Shown here in pieces: positions 1 through 9,675 of a stretch of 36,212 bases of DNA (within the stretch, counting starts at the first letter, position 1; every line of letters begins with the position of its first letter). The DNA comes from a virus (lineage: Duplodnaviria > Caudoviricetes). The stretch is taken from positions 1-36,212 of the IMG/VR virus record IMGVR_UViG_3300016263_000666. One strand, given 5' to 3'. The notes beneath the pieces are model-generated. The model saw only the letters and a program-made list of their open reading frames with translations. It searched no databases and was not told the DNA's origin. The position numbers were made by a program, and so were the translations under genes.

Positions 1-226
1 CGTTCTTGTTTATGAATATGACATCATCTTCTGAGTCATAGAATGCCATGACTCTGGGATCCTCGGTCATATACTCGCCCTTCCTGTATTGAATTTCTGG
101 GAAGTAACGGTTGTGTTTTGACCTGCCATAAGTCTTAAGACACCAGTCCATGATCTTATTTACGTATTTCCTACTCGGTGCCAGCTTATTTGCCCTTTTC
201 TTACTAGGCTTCTTCTTATTCTTCAT
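1..226 (-). CDS. Hypothetical protein, 3'-truncated by window edge (MKNKKKPSKK...AFYDSEDDVIFINKN); in-frame ATG at 304 may extend it
   Basis: Manually translated open frame running off position 1; not in ORF track. Confidence 0.65.
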   Translation of the reverse strand, partial: MKNKKKPSKKRANKLAPSRKYVNKIMDWCLKTYGRSKHNRYFPEIQYRKGEYMTEDPRVMAFYDSEDDVIFINKN

Positions 227-327
227 CTGATCTAAAGTTTTAGGTTCCCTAGTATCGCAACCCTCAATATCACAGATATAAATATCCGGCCCTACCTCCG
301 TCATTTCACTACAAAGTTAATTTATCT

Positions 328-426
328 TTATTTATTCTCCTCCTTGTGGGAGTAATACATAAATACGGGCACTAGTATTGTAATAATGCTCACAAATACC
401 AGCATAATGATTTCTTCTGATTTCAT
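328..426 (-). CDS. 32-aa single-pass membrane microprotein (MKSEEIIMLVFVSIITILVPVFMYYSHKEENK)
   Basis: Manual translation; ATGA overlap with upstream stop; hydrophobic core. Confidence 0.55.
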   Translation of the reverse strand: MKSEEIIMLVFVSIITILVPVFMYYSHKEENK

Positions 427-617
427 GGTTTATATGTGTATTGGTTTATAGTTTGGGTTAGGGCTGTATAAATCTCTTCGATCAGGAATCCCTTAACATA
501 CCTGGAGTCCAGGAACTCGGCATTGCCAGACTTGGATTTAATGTCCTCAGCTGTCATATTACAGTCCCAAGTGTAGAGGAACTTGACTACATCATCTCTC
601 TTGAATAGTGTCTTCAT
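423..617 (-). CDS. Hypothetical protein
   Basis: ORF abutting neighbours in the operon. Confidence 0.6.
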   Translation of the reverse strand: MKTLFKRDDVVKFLYTWDCNMTAEDIKSKSGNAEFLDSRYVKGFLIEEIYTALTQTINQYTYKP

Positions 618-618
618 A

Positions 619-900
619 TCAAAATGCTTTTACTTTTGTGATCCAATCTGCCACCTCATCTGGAGTCTGGTATCCCAAGACCTCATCACTACCGAAGTCA
701 TACCAGTTGCCTTCAGCATCCCAGATAGCAATCTCTGCATCAGGTGATTCCGCTGGGTTTTTGTCCTCTTCCCAGTTAGCTGGTATTTTCTTTCTTTCAC
801 AGTAAGCGAAGGAGTGGAACTGTACAGAGATGGTCCAACCGTTCTCGAATGTTATAGAGAAGCCTGGTTTCTCTTGAGATTTGAATTTTGCTTTGCTCAC
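619..900 (-). CDS. Hypothetical phage protein
   Basis: ORF, 4-bp overlap with upstream gene. Confidence 0.7.
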   Translation of the reverse strand: MSKAKFKSQEKPGFSITFENGWTISVQFHSFAYCERKKIPANWEEDKNPAESPDAEIAIWDAEGNWYDFGSDEVLGYQTPDEVADWITKVKAF

Positions 901-1217
901 TTCTCTACAGGTTTAAGGTGAATGTTAAATGACTTAGTAGCTTTGTTATCGTCCTCATTAGCACTGAGGTGGTCTACATAGAATCCTTTAACGCCTTTCA
1001 TTATCAGATTTGATTGCATACCTGATGAGATGTAGGGACCGCCTGAGGGATCGACCATATTTAGGATGTTGTCCTTTGGATCCACACCATTATCCCAACC
1101 GTAGCGGACGTATTCAAAGTGGCCTTCCCAAAGGATAAGGCTGTTCTTCTTGTCGTAGGTAAACGTGAATACGTCTCTGTAACGGTTAACGTATTGTTCT
1201 GTTAGTTTCTTTTTCAT
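897..1217 (-). CDS. Hypothetical phage protein (VDPSGGPYI motif)
   Basis: ORF downstream of a promoter-like intergenic region. Confidence 0.75.
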   Translation of the reverse strand: MKKKLTEQYVNRYRDVFTFTYDKKNSLILWEGHFEYVRYGWDNGVDPKDNILNMVDPSGGPYISSGMQSNLIMKGVKGFYVDHLSANEDDNKATKSFNIHLKPVEK

Positions 1218-1236
1218 TTACTGATTAATTATAGGG

Positions 1237-1268
1237 TAAACATACAAAGAATACCTGAATAAATAAAA
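1237..1268 (-). promoter_or_regulatory. Putative Bacteroidota-type promoter TTTTATT-N17-TATGTTTA
   Basis: Near match to -7 TAnnTTTG box; same bipartite layout at 26234-26263 and 31139-31169. Confidence 0.45.
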
Positions 1269-1285
1269 TAGAAGTGTAAATAAAT

Positions 1286-1327
1286 CTCATTGAGAACCAA
1301 TGAGTTACGTAACTAGTTGATAATCAA
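1286..1327. repeat. Nested imperfect palindrome, candidate operator
   Basis: CTCATTG-N5-CAATGAG, GTTACGTAAC and TTGA-N3-TCAA; arms around 1308/1309 match at 14 of 19 positions. Confidence 0.55.
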
Positions 1328-1338
1328 GAGGAATGATT

Positions 1339-2106
1339 TCAGGTCTTGTAGTCTATGAGATCGTTATCTGTCAAGTCTATGAGGTTCTCCTCACTCACAT
1401 CTTTAAACCTGACATCACCTTCACCTTCTAGTCCTAGCTTTCTCAAGTGTTGATAGTAGAAGTCATCGAGCTGATAAACTTGCATGACATCCTCTTTAAT
1501 CTCTGGTGCTTCAATGTTAGTGCTTTCAACTCGCTGTAACATCTTGTTATTGAAGATATCACCGATATAGAGGAAGTAGCAATTGTAACAGAGCCACTCC
1601 AGATTTTCTATACGCCAATCAGACTTCTTGCCGTTCTTAAAGTTAAGTAGTATCGGAGCTTTCATATCAGTCAACCGCTTCTCACCGAACTTGCATTGAC
1701 AGCACTGGTATCCCAGTCTGCCATCTCTCATCAGCAACTCCTTAAGCTTAGTGATCTTCTCAGGCTCGTTTGGTTGATTCTGGATGAGCATCTTATCCAG
1801 GGTGTGTTTCCAGTCACTGCCTGACCAGAGTTTAGGTATGCCTTTGCCTGCCACATTCTTATGTAGCTCAAACAGTGATTTGCCTGTGGCCTCGTCAATT
1901 ATACTCTTTGCGTACTTCTTGTAAGTGATGTCAGTGATACCAAGCCATCTCGCAGCCTCTTTGTTGCTACGAGTATTAGCCATTGCGTTCCTGATATCTA
2001 CTTCGTTTAATTGATAGCCTTTGTACCACCAGTTATCTGGTCTGGCATCTCTTGCCATGTTCTCCTTGGTGAAGAACGGTTTAGGTTTATGTTTCTCCTC
2101 ACTCAT
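1339..2106 (-). CDS. HTH plus degenerate HNH/Zn-finger protein
   Basis: N-terminal SNKEAARWLGIT..TYKK helix-turn-helix-like; CCQC...LLNFKNG..SDWRIENLEWLCYNC resembles an HNH fold. Confidence 0.65.
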   Translation of the reverse strand: MSEEKHKPKPFFTKENMARDARPDNWWYKGYQLNEVDIRNAMANTRSNKEAARWLGITDITYKKYAKSIIDEATGKSLFELHKNVAGKGIPKLWSGSDWKHTLDKMLIQNQPNEPEKITKLKELLMRDGRLGYQCCQCKFGEKRLTDMKAPILLNFKNGKKSDWRIENLEWLCYNCYFLYIGDIFNNKMLQRVESTNIEAPEIKEDVMQVYQLDDFYYQHLRKLGLEGEGDVRFKDVSEENLIDLTDNDLIDYKT

Positions 2107-2518
2107 TCAGTTTAGGATTTACCTGACATAAGAAACTCCAGAGATCATAAGGATTATTGAGCATGACTTCGTGCTTGCCATTAACCACTAGAGGATTTAC
2201 TGTGCCGTCTCCATTGAGTCTATCATAAAGATAGAACGCAATAACATCTGCACCTTTGCTACCAAAGTTCATGTGCAATAAGATATCGATTGCAGCAAAG
2301 AACTTTTCATCGTATGTCGAGAAGTCTAGACTCAAGTCAGCGTACATGAGTGACTGTCTGACCCTAATCTCTTCTAAAGTGTTTATCAAACCAGCAAATA
2401 GTTCCTTCTTCTTATCTGAAGCACTGCGGCGGCGGCGCCTAACAATAGTCTTTGTGTTTAGTATAGCTTCTACTCCTAATTGTATACCCTTAAAATCCCT
2501 CTCCACTGTCATTGTCAT
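2099..2518 (-). CDS. Hypothetical protein
   Basis: ORF overlapping both neighbours. Confidence 0.75.
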   Translation of the reverse strand: MTMTVERDFKGIQLGVEAILNTKTIVRRRRRSASDKKKELFAGLINTLEEIRVRQSLMYADLSLDFSTYDEKFFAAIDILLHMNFGSKGADVIAFYLYDRLNGDGTVNPLVVNGKHEVMLNNPYDLWSFLCQVNPKLNE

Positions 2519-2843
2519 TTAAGTTTATTCCCTTACTACCCTTATTCTTTATCTTATATATTAACTCCTTAATCTCTTTACACTTCTCGTAGTTCTCGTC
2601 TTCTACATACCAAAGCATGGAGGTCTCAAGTGCTTGCACCCAATGCTTCTTGTGTATCTCAACATAGTGACTTGAGTCGTTGATTTCGAATATTGAGGCG
2701 TATGTCTTGTTTGCTCCATGAGCCAATCCTATTGATTCCACAATCTGAGACTTGATCAGCTTCTTTAGCTCATCAGATTTTGCAACTCCTTCTGGTGTGA
2801 GATCATGCGGGTTATCGAATATAGCCCTTACTACTTTACGCAT
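2490..2843 (-). CDS. Hypothetical protein with C-terminal UvrB/C-like motif
   Basis: ENYEKCKEIKELI resembles the E.YE.A...RD.I motif. Confidence 0.65.
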   Translation of the reverse strand: MRKVVRAIFDNPHDLTPEGVAKSDELKKLIKSQIVESIGLAHGANKTYASIFEINDSSHYVEIHKKHWVQALETSMLWYVEDENYEKCKEIKELIYKIKNKGSKGINLNDNDSGEGF

Positions 2844-2859
2844 AACTGTTTAGTTTTAT

Positions 2860-3174
2860 TTATGCTCCTCCTTTGAGTGCATCTATAAGCATCTTAGATA
2901 CAGAAGCTAGTGGCACAATAAAGCCAATCACATTCTTATAGGGATTGCGATCATCATAGTCCACCATAATACCTGAGTCTCCAAATCTCTTCTGAAGGGC
3001 CACAGAGATCTTAGTGGCAAGTGCTTGCTTCTCTCTAGGATCTTGGAACTCCTGGTCCAGAATGAACTGCATTTTAACACCCTTCTTAGTTGGGTTTGTG
3101 TTCACATCAAACTGGAGGGCGTACTTCTTGCCTGCTACGGTTATGTTATATTTAGGGTTTAGAGCTTCTGCCAT
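2860..3174 (-). CDS. Hypothetical protein
   Basis: ORF preceded by the ATATTTAT motif. Confidence 0.75.
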   Translation of the reverse strand: MAEALNPKYNITVAGKKYALQFDVNTNPTKKGVKMQFILDQEFQDPREKQALATKISVALQKRFGDSGIMVDYDDRNPYKNVIGFIVPLASVSKMLIDALKGGA

Positions 3175-3206
3175 TGCTTTTTATAAATAAATATATGATT
3201 TATTAA

Positions 3207-4406
3207 TTAAAGTAACTTATTTTGATACCAATCTGAGCTTAGGTTGATTAACTCTTTTTGATATTCTTTTAAGCTCTTTATTTCTATCATGAAAACATCG
3301 AGTTGAAATTGGCCAACTTCTCCACTTTCTTTTATTATTTCTGATAAATTCTGTAATAAGTCAAATGATTTAGGATTAATGTCTAATAAATTAAACTCTA
3401 TGAGTATATCATTATCTAGATCTGATCTTGTAATTTTTTTAGTCAAATCAAATTTTGTATTCTTTTGTTCTAATTGTATATAGTTTAAAATATCTGATTC
3501 AGGCATATCAACTTTAATATTAGAACACCAAGGCTCTAACATAACCAAAGCTTCTTTATAAGAGTTTTTTACAATAAACCCAATATTATATAGTGGTGGA
3601 ATTATGGGTTTCATAAAAGCGTCGTGCTTTACAAAATGTCCCCATTTCCTAATAAAGTTTCTTGTGGATCTGATATTTTGAGACTCCCATTCATTGCTAT
3701 TTTTACCTGGCGTTGTGAGAGTTGGATTAAACCTAGATCCTCTACATGTCATATGATAAACATAACCTTCCCAAGTCTGTAAGAAACTTACACCACCTAA
3801 TTGGAATCTATTAAATATATCACTGTCTTCTTTTGATTGAGGAGCGTATAAAGGGTCGTGCCCTCCTATCTCTTGGAAGTCCTGTCTATAAAAAGCCCAA
3901 GGTGCAAATATACCTTCAGTCGGAGATTTCTTTTCTATATTAGAAAACCAAGACAAAAATTCAGATTCATTAAATTGCTCTGGCTCTGTAGCTCCCCAAT
4001 TTATAAAAACTTTTTCTGGTCCTGGAGGGTGCAGTGGAGGTTCTATTCTTGTTAATGACACTATTGTTTTGGGCTTTATTAATTTTTCAATAGAGTCTAT
4101 GGCACCTGGACAGAGGTACATATCTGCGTGATAAATCATTGCTACATCTTTGGTAGCGACTTCATTTATTAATTTATCATAAAGAATAGTGTGTCCTAAT
4201 CGATTAGGTCCTTCATTTCTTATGGCTTTAAAATGTGGATCGTTTTGCATCCTCTCTTTACACCATTCCCATGTGCCATCATTGCTGAAATCATCAGCTA
4301 CACATATCTCTACTTCATGAGATCCTTGATTCTTTCTTATAGAGTCATAAGACCATTTAAGATATTTTAAGTTATTCCTTGATGGTTGTATTAAGCTTAT
4401 TTTCAT
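3207..4406 (-). CDS. Glycosyltransferase family 2 (GT-A)
   Basis: ISLIQPSRN, ADDFSNDGT, HADM (DXD-like), IGGHD..Y...KEDSD, VYHM. Confidence 0.9.
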   Translation of the reverse strand: MKISLIQPSRNNLKYLKWSYDSIRKNQGSHEVEICVADDFSNDGTWEWCKERMQNDPHFKAIRNEGPNRLGHTILYDKLINEVATKDVAMIYHADMYLCPGAIDSIEKLIKPKTIVSLTRIEPPLHPPGPEKVFINWGATEPEQFNESEFLSWFSNIEKKSPTEGIFAPWAFYRQDFQEIGGHDPLYAPQSKEDSDIFNRFQLGGVSFLQTWEGYVYHMTCRGSRFNPTLTTPGKNSNEWESQNIRSTRNFIRKWGHFVKHDAFMKPIIPPLYNIGFIVKNSYKEALVMLEPWCSNIKVDMPESDILNYIQLEQKNTKFDLTKKITRSDLDNDILIEFNLLDINPKSFDLLQNLSEIIKESGEVGQFQLDVFMIEIKSLKEYQKELINLSSDWYQNKLL

Positions 4407-5244
4407 TTAAATAGGTTTTTATATAGTCTTCTAAATTAAATTTGATTTGCCAGTCTAAAATTTCTTTAGCTAATTTATCTTGGCATAAAGTACTTTGTGC
4501 CTCACCAGGTTTATCTTCTTCATATATAACGGTCTTATTAAACATCTTAGAAACTTCTTCTATAGAATAATTTTTACCAGTTCCTAATTCAAATATATAT
4601 CCCCAAGTTTGTTTATTAAAAATTAATATTAAAGCACCAATAATATCTTTAACATGAGTGAAATCTCTACGTTTAGTTCCGTCTCCATAAATAGTTAGAG
4701 GCTCTCCTTTTTCAATATTGTTTTCCCACTTACCTATTAATGTACAATATCCACCTTCTTTTAAGTGATAGGGTCCATATACATTATAAAATCTGGCGAT
4801 AGTGGCTTTTAATCCAAAATGTTTTTGATATAAAGTAATTATTTCTTCTCCTATATCTTTACTAAATGTATAAGGGTTTTTAAATTTTCCTGAGTGGTGA
4901 GAACTACTACCTGAGAATATAATCGGTATATTATTTTTGTAACAGAATTCACAGAGTTTAAATGTAGCTAGTGCGTTTGTATTGAAATATCCTAATGGAT
5001 TCTTGAAAGAGGGCTGTATCCTAGCTATAGCAGCTAAATGATATATCACATCAAAATTACCAAACTCATTATAGTCTTCTATATTTACTATATCTCTTTC
5101 TAAATATGTAACCCCAGGTTGGTGATTGGATTTTAGACCTGTACTATAATTATCAATTGACACTACAGTGTGATTATATTTTATCAATTCTATAATTAGG
5201 TTAGTCCCTACAAATCCTGCACCTCCAGTTACTAGTACATTCAT
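4372..5244 (-). CDS. NAD-dependent nucleotide-sugar epimerase/dehydratase
   Basis: VTGGAGFVG, HLAA, YTFSK (YxxxK), RFYNVYGP, GDG...RDFTHV. Confidence 0.92.
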   Translation of the reverse strand: MNVLVTGGAGFVGTNLIIELIKYNHTVVSIDNYSTGLKSNHQPGVTYLERDIVNIEDYNEFGNFDVIYHLAAIARIQPSFKNPLGYFNTNALATFKLCEFCYKNNIPIIFSGSSSHHSGKFKNPYTFSKDIGEEIITLYQKHFGLKATIARFYNVYGPYHLKEGGYCTLIGKWENNIEKGEPLTIYGDGTKRRDFTHVKDIIGALILIFNKQTWGYIFELGTGKNYSIEEVSKMFNKTVIYEEDKPGEAQSTLCQDKLAKEILDWQIKFNLEDYIKTYLNENKLNTTIKE

Positions 5245-5245
5245 A

Positions 5246-6187
5246 TTATTGATTTAGAATTTTTTCTAAAATAGTATTCATTTTTTTTAAAAAAACAGAT
5301 TCTGAATAGTTTTCTTCGTAAAGTTTTTTTGTTTGAAGTGAACAATGATCATAAAAGTCTTTTTCTTCTTTCAATTTAATTGCTAATTTTCTAGCCTTTA
5401 AAATGTCTCCATCATCAACAGATAGTTCTGGATGTAAATACTTTTGCGTGTTTATAGTATTATAGCTTATACATGGTATGCCTAGATAAGAGCAATTCAA
5501 ATTAAATGTGCCTGCTGCTGCAGTCCCTAATTGAACTCCGTATTTCTTTTTTGATAATTCATAAATCCAATCTAACCAATTAATCCAAGGCAGATGATTT
5601 ATATCTAAAGTTTTTTCTTCTGGTTTCATTCTCCCAGTTGTAGGAGAGGTTATATCATCTGATAATATTTTACCTATTACATAAGAGTCTATTCCTCTGT
5701 ATGCTGATACCCAATTACCTCCAACCATTACTCCAGACCTCTCTCCTTCATATGCTTTACAAAAGTCTGTTATCATAAGACTGGGCATTAAATCACAATA
5801 AGTATCTGTTATTCCTTTATAGTACAACAAATCTATATCATTATGACATAAAATAAAATCTATTTTTTGTAAAAATGTATAATACCAGATTTGAGATTCT
5901 ATACTACCGTCTTGCCAATACCAGTAAGTACTTTCTTGCATAGTACCTATTTTTTTACAAACTCTTTTTAGTTCTAAGACTAGATCAAAACTAGATAGCG
6001 CTTGTTTATTTTTAGGCACTATTAGAATTCCTATATCATATAAATTATCTGGTAGGGTGGTAACTGACATCACATTATGATGGGTAGCATTTAATGCACA
6101 TACCCAAGCTAAATCAGTTCTCATATTATTATTAGCTCTAGGAACTTTGCCTTGATATCCTGCTTCACTAAAGAAGGCTATTCTCAT
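5246..6187 (-). CDS. Putative GT-B fold glycosyltransferase
   Basis: MRIAFF start; C-terminal AGTFNLNCSYLGIPCI and YSESVF resemble a GT-B donor-binding region; cluster context. Confidence 0.55.
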   Translation of the reverse strand: MRIAFFSEAGYQGKVPRANNNMRTDLAWVCALNATHHNVMSVTTLPDNLYDIGILIVPKNKQALSSFDLVLELKRVCKKIGTMQESTYWYWQDGSIESQIWYYTFLQKIDFILCHNDIDLLYYKGITDTYCDLMPSLMITDFCKAYEGERSGVMVGGNWVSAYRGIDSYVIGKILSDDITSPTTGRMKPEEKTLDINHLPWINWLDWIYELSKKKYGVQLGTAAAGTFNLNCSYLGIPCISYNTINTQKYLHPELSVDDGDILKARKLAIKLKEEKDFYDHCSLQTKKLYEENYSESVFLKKMNTILEKILNQ

Positions 6188-6816
6188 AAGAAAGTTTGTT
6201 TTAAGTTAAACTGTTCTACTATATTTAAATCTCTCTTTGCACATTTATAATTCGTATGAAAACCTAAAACACTATCTTCTTTAAAATAAGATTTATTGGA
6301 TTGAGATTTAAATTCATTTAACATTTTTAATTTCTGTTTATAATATTCACTAATGTCAACATAGATGTTAGGAATCCAATATTCTAAAGTGCTAGGAGAG
6401 TAGTATTCTATTAAAGAAAATTTAGATACCCTAGCTAAAGGATACCCCATTTCACAAACTATTTTATGTTCAAAATGACTATCTTTATTTGAAGGTGTAA
6501 TGATCCCATCATAACTATTTTTTGATACGTAATTTGATTCTAACCAATTAATCCACTGATCTAGATCTAATTCTTTTAATAATTTATAAGGACTAAAATA
6601 GAGATTATAATTGTTAGTATTAGAATGTTGCCAAAAATTTTTAACTTCTTGTATTCTACTTAAACTAGTAGTGGTATCGCAATCTCCTCCTTGAGTTAAG
6701 CACAAAATATCAAAGACAGTATCTACGTGTTTTAATACTGTGCCCGACATACTGAACTCTACATCATCAGGATGTGGAGACAAACATAAGACTCTATTAA
6801 GACCAAGGAACTTCAT
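6184..6816 (-). CDS. PIG-L/LmbE family N-deacetylase
   Basis: LSPHPDD, TQG, R..E, DSHFEH, F.SQ motifs. Confidence 0.88.
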   Translation of the reverse strand: MKFLGLNRVLCLSPHPDDVEFSMSGTVLKHVDTVFDILCLTQGGDCDTTTSLSRIQEVKNFWQHSNTNNYNLYFSPYKLLKELDLDQWINWLESNYVSKNSYDGIITPSNKDSHFEHKIVCEMGYPLARVSKFSLIEYYSPSTLEYWIPNIYVDISEYYKQKLKMLNEFKSQSNKSYFKEDSVLGFHTNYKCAKRDLNIVEQFNLKQTFL

Positions 6817-7688
6817 TTTATAGAACTAAAAAATTTGTTAGTGTATATTTTTATTCCATTTCTTCTTAAAAAATCTCTAAGATCTTCAGATAATATATTA
6901 GTATTTCCCTCAATAGTTTTCTTTTCTAGATTAAAAAGAGTTATATCTTCTTCAAAAGCTAAACTAACAATTGATTCGTTTATATGAACATAAAAATTAG
7001 TTATTCCTTTAGAAACAATTCTATCCGTCCAATTACTGATTATGTCTTGTATTATAGAACTCTTTTCTTCATTCGATAATTTTTTAGGATATACATTTTC
7101 TTTTATCACTTTTACTGGTATTCCAGCAGCTAAAACTCCTGATGGGATGCTTTTATTTATGAGTGAATTTATTCCTATTACGGTGTTATCTCCTATAGAA
7201 ACGTTAGGCAATACTACACACCTGGCTGGTAACCACACATTACTGCCTATTTTTACAGGTCCAAAATCTTTAGGAAATCCCTCTAATGGATTTAACCAAG
7301 CGCCGTGAGTCCATATCATAACCTCGGCTCCTATTCCTGTATTGTCTCCAATATAGACTTCACTATTTGGGTTTATTACCACCCCTTCAAAAATACCTAC
7401 GTGATCTCCTATATATACATTAGATTCTTTATTAAAACACCCGCCTCTACCTATCTCTAATCCTTTACATGTATACAACCATTTTCCTGATGTAAAACTA
7501 TTACAAGAAATAGATATACCTTCGTCTATTATAGAATAATCTCCTAAAGTAAAATCCTCTAAACAATTAATTTTTACTCCTTTTCTTATTACAGTATTAT
7601 TTCCTAATCTAATATTCTTAGCTTTGATTTCTACGTCTTCAGCTATAGATACATTTTCTCCCTTTAATAAATTTCCCTGTATGTTCAT
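6813..7688 (-). CDS. Hexapeptide-repeat (LbH) acyltransferase
   Basis: Repeated IGD/IGS hexapeptides, WTH, AAGIPVK. Confidence 0.88.
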   Translation of the reverse strand: MNIQGNLLKGENVSIAEDVEIKAKNIRLGNNTVIRKGVKINCLEDFTLGDYSIIDEGISISCNSFTSGKWLYTCKGLEIGRGGCFNKESNVYIGDHVGIFEGVVINPNSEVYIGDNTGIGAEVMIWTHGAWLNPLEGFPKDFGPVKIGSNVWLPARCVVLPNVSIGDNTVIGINSLINKSIPSGVLAAGIPVKVIKENVYPKKLSNEEKSSIIQDIISNWTDRIVSKGITNFYVHINESIVSLAFEEDITLFNLEKKTIEGNTNILSEDLRDFLRRNGIKIYTNKFFSSIK

Positions 7689-7698
7689 AATTGATTAT

Positions 7699-8751
7699 TT
7701 AGACTTCTAAAAAGTAAGTATCAGGATCTTCTTGATTGAATATTTCATTGCACCAAAAAACACATATCAAATCTTCTTTTCCTACATTAGTTATATTGTG
7801 TGTATACAATGCAGGCATATCTATTACAGAATCTGTTTCACCAGATATATAATAAGATTCTATGCTATCTTCTCCAACCTTTCTCATGCAAACTTTTGCT
7901 TCTCCACTAAGAATACAAAACCTCTCTATCTTCCTAAAATGAAAATGATTTCCTCTAGTTATTCCTGGTTTTGTTACTGAAAAGAATACCTGACTTTCTG
8001 ATCCCATAGATTTTACTAATTCTATAAGATAGCCTCTATTATCTGTCTTACGAGATAGATTATGTTTACACGATGCAAATGATCTGTAAGTATTAAAAAG
8101 ATTAAGTTCAAATTCTCCCTCTATTAAAGGTATAATGCCCAAAGAATATTGATCATGATAGCCTTTTATTAAATCATGTAATGCTTTTACTGATACTTTT
8201 TTTACTTCAAAAGTATTAGGTTTGAATGAAGATATAACTTTTACAGCATCTATTACATAACACAAATTTACTTCAGCTTCTGATACTTTGCTTTCTAGAC
8301 CTTGTACAGCGTTGTAACAAAAAGTTGCTACTACAGAATTGTAATTAGGTTTGCCAAATGGTCCAAATAAATTAGGAACCTCATATTTAATGAATTCAGT
8401 TTCTTTTCTTTGGCAATATTCTTTTAATATAATTGAACACTCTCTTTTAGAATTTCCATATTCGTTATCATATTTTTCTTGGGTAGAAGATATAAAAACT
8501 AAATTTACTGATATATCGTTGCTTTCTAATAGAGAAACCAATTCATTGGCTATATTAATATTTGATTTCCCTACGTCCACCCCTCTATTTACTCCAGCAC
8601 AATGAATGAGCCAATCACAATCTTTTATCTTATCTATTTGTTTTTGATAATCTCTACCTAAACTAATTACAGTATGTTTTAATTGATAAGTTAGGTATTG
8701 AGATATATGATATCCTAAAAAACCTCTTTCTCCTGTAATGGCAATTCTCAT
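7699..8751 (-). CDS. CapF/FnlB/WbjC-like SDR-cupin epimerase-reductase
   Basis: TGERGFLG, AGVNR, YGNSK, PNLFG...PNYNSVVATFC; C-terminal cupin TKPGITRGNHFH. Confidence 0.9.
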   Translation of the reverse strand: MRIAITGERGFLGYHISQYLTYQLKHTVISLGRDYQKQIDKIKDCDWLIHCAGVNRGVDVGKSNINIANELVSLLESNDISVNLVFISSTQEKYDNEYGNSKRECSIILKEYCQRKETEFIKYEVPNLFGPFGKPNYNSVVATFCYNAVQGLESKVSEAEVNLCYVIDAVKVISSFKPNTFEVKKVSVKALHDLIKGYHDQYSLGIIPLIEGEFELNLFNTYRSFASCKHNLSRKTDNRGYLIELVKSMGSESQVFFSVTKPGITRGNHFHFRKIERFCILSGEAKVCMRKVGEDSIESYYISGETDSVIDMPALYTHNITNVGKEDLICVFWCNEIFNQEDPDTYFLEV

Positions 8752-9674
8752 GGTTTAAAATAATTAAATTTTTCTAATCTTTCATTTAGTGATTTCTTTG
8801 TTATTAAAACTTTATCACTAGTAAATTCATTAAAAGGTAATTCATGGCTGTAAATGTTTTTATAGTGCATTATAAAATTACCTTTATCTATTTTTATTCT
8901 TGTAGATTCCTCAGAAGAGAACATCATTTCATGTATCTTTTCTGATATTCTAGGCTGTCCTATTTGATACTTTAATCCAAATAGTTCAGAATAGATTTCA
9001 AATAAATCTTTTATCTTAAATGAGGGTATATTAGGTATGACATTATATCCTGATAGAGATAGTCCGTGTTCTATAAGGTCTATGGCCTCATCTACAGTTA
9101 TCATAAATCTAGTCATGTCTTCTGAATACAGTACTAGATCATACTTATTTTTTATTGCATCCCATATTAGAGGGATTACGCTGCCAGTTGAATTTAACAC
9201 GTTACCATATATCGCAGATGATAATTTAACGTTAGATTTTTCTGAATTGACTATAAACAACTCACCTCCTACAAATTTCATAGATCCATATAAAGTAGTT
9301 GCGGCTCTAGATTTGTCTGATGATATGAAGCAAGCTGATTCAAATCCGTTCTCTTCAGCTACCCTCCTTGAGTTAACAGATCCTTGAATGATAGTCTGTA
9401 TTGATTCTTCTGGATTTTGATCGACAGCTTCTATTTGTTTTAAAGAAGCTGCAAAGATGCCTATGTTGTGATTTTTACATGATCTGTTTAATAAATCAAA
9501 ATTTCTAACATCACCAATAATACAGTTTATTTTTGGGTATTGCTTTTTAAGATAATAGTGCTTAGCCTCATCTCTACTATAAACAGTAATTTCATTGTCA
9601 TTATAATACCGTTTTATGATATTCTTTCCTAAATACCCTGCTCCACCAGTGATTAATATTCTCTTATTTTTCAT
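8748..9674 (-). CDS. UDP-GlcNAc 4,6-dehydratase, FnlA/CapE/PseB family (start corrected to MKNKRILITGG)
   Basis: TGGAGYLG, SRDEAK, IGDVR, SSDK, LYGSMK, YGNVLNSTGSVIP, MTRF, EKIHE. Confidence 0.88.
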   Translation of the reverse strand: MKNKRILITGGAGYLGKNIIKRYYNDNEITVYSRDEAKHYYLKKQYPKINCIIGDVRNFDLLNRSCKNHNIGIFAASLKQIEAVDQNPEESIQTIIQGSVNSRRVAEENGFESACFISSDKSRAATTLYGSMKFVGGELFIVNSEKSNVKLSSAIYGNVLNSTGSVIPLIWDAIKNKYDLVLYSEDMTRFMITVDEAIDLIEHGLSLSGYNVIPNIPSFKIKDLFEIYSELFGLKYQIGQPRISEKIHEMMFSSEESTRIKIDKGNFIMHYKNIYSHELPFNEFTSDKVLITKKSLNERLEKFNYFKP

Positions 9675-9675
9675 C

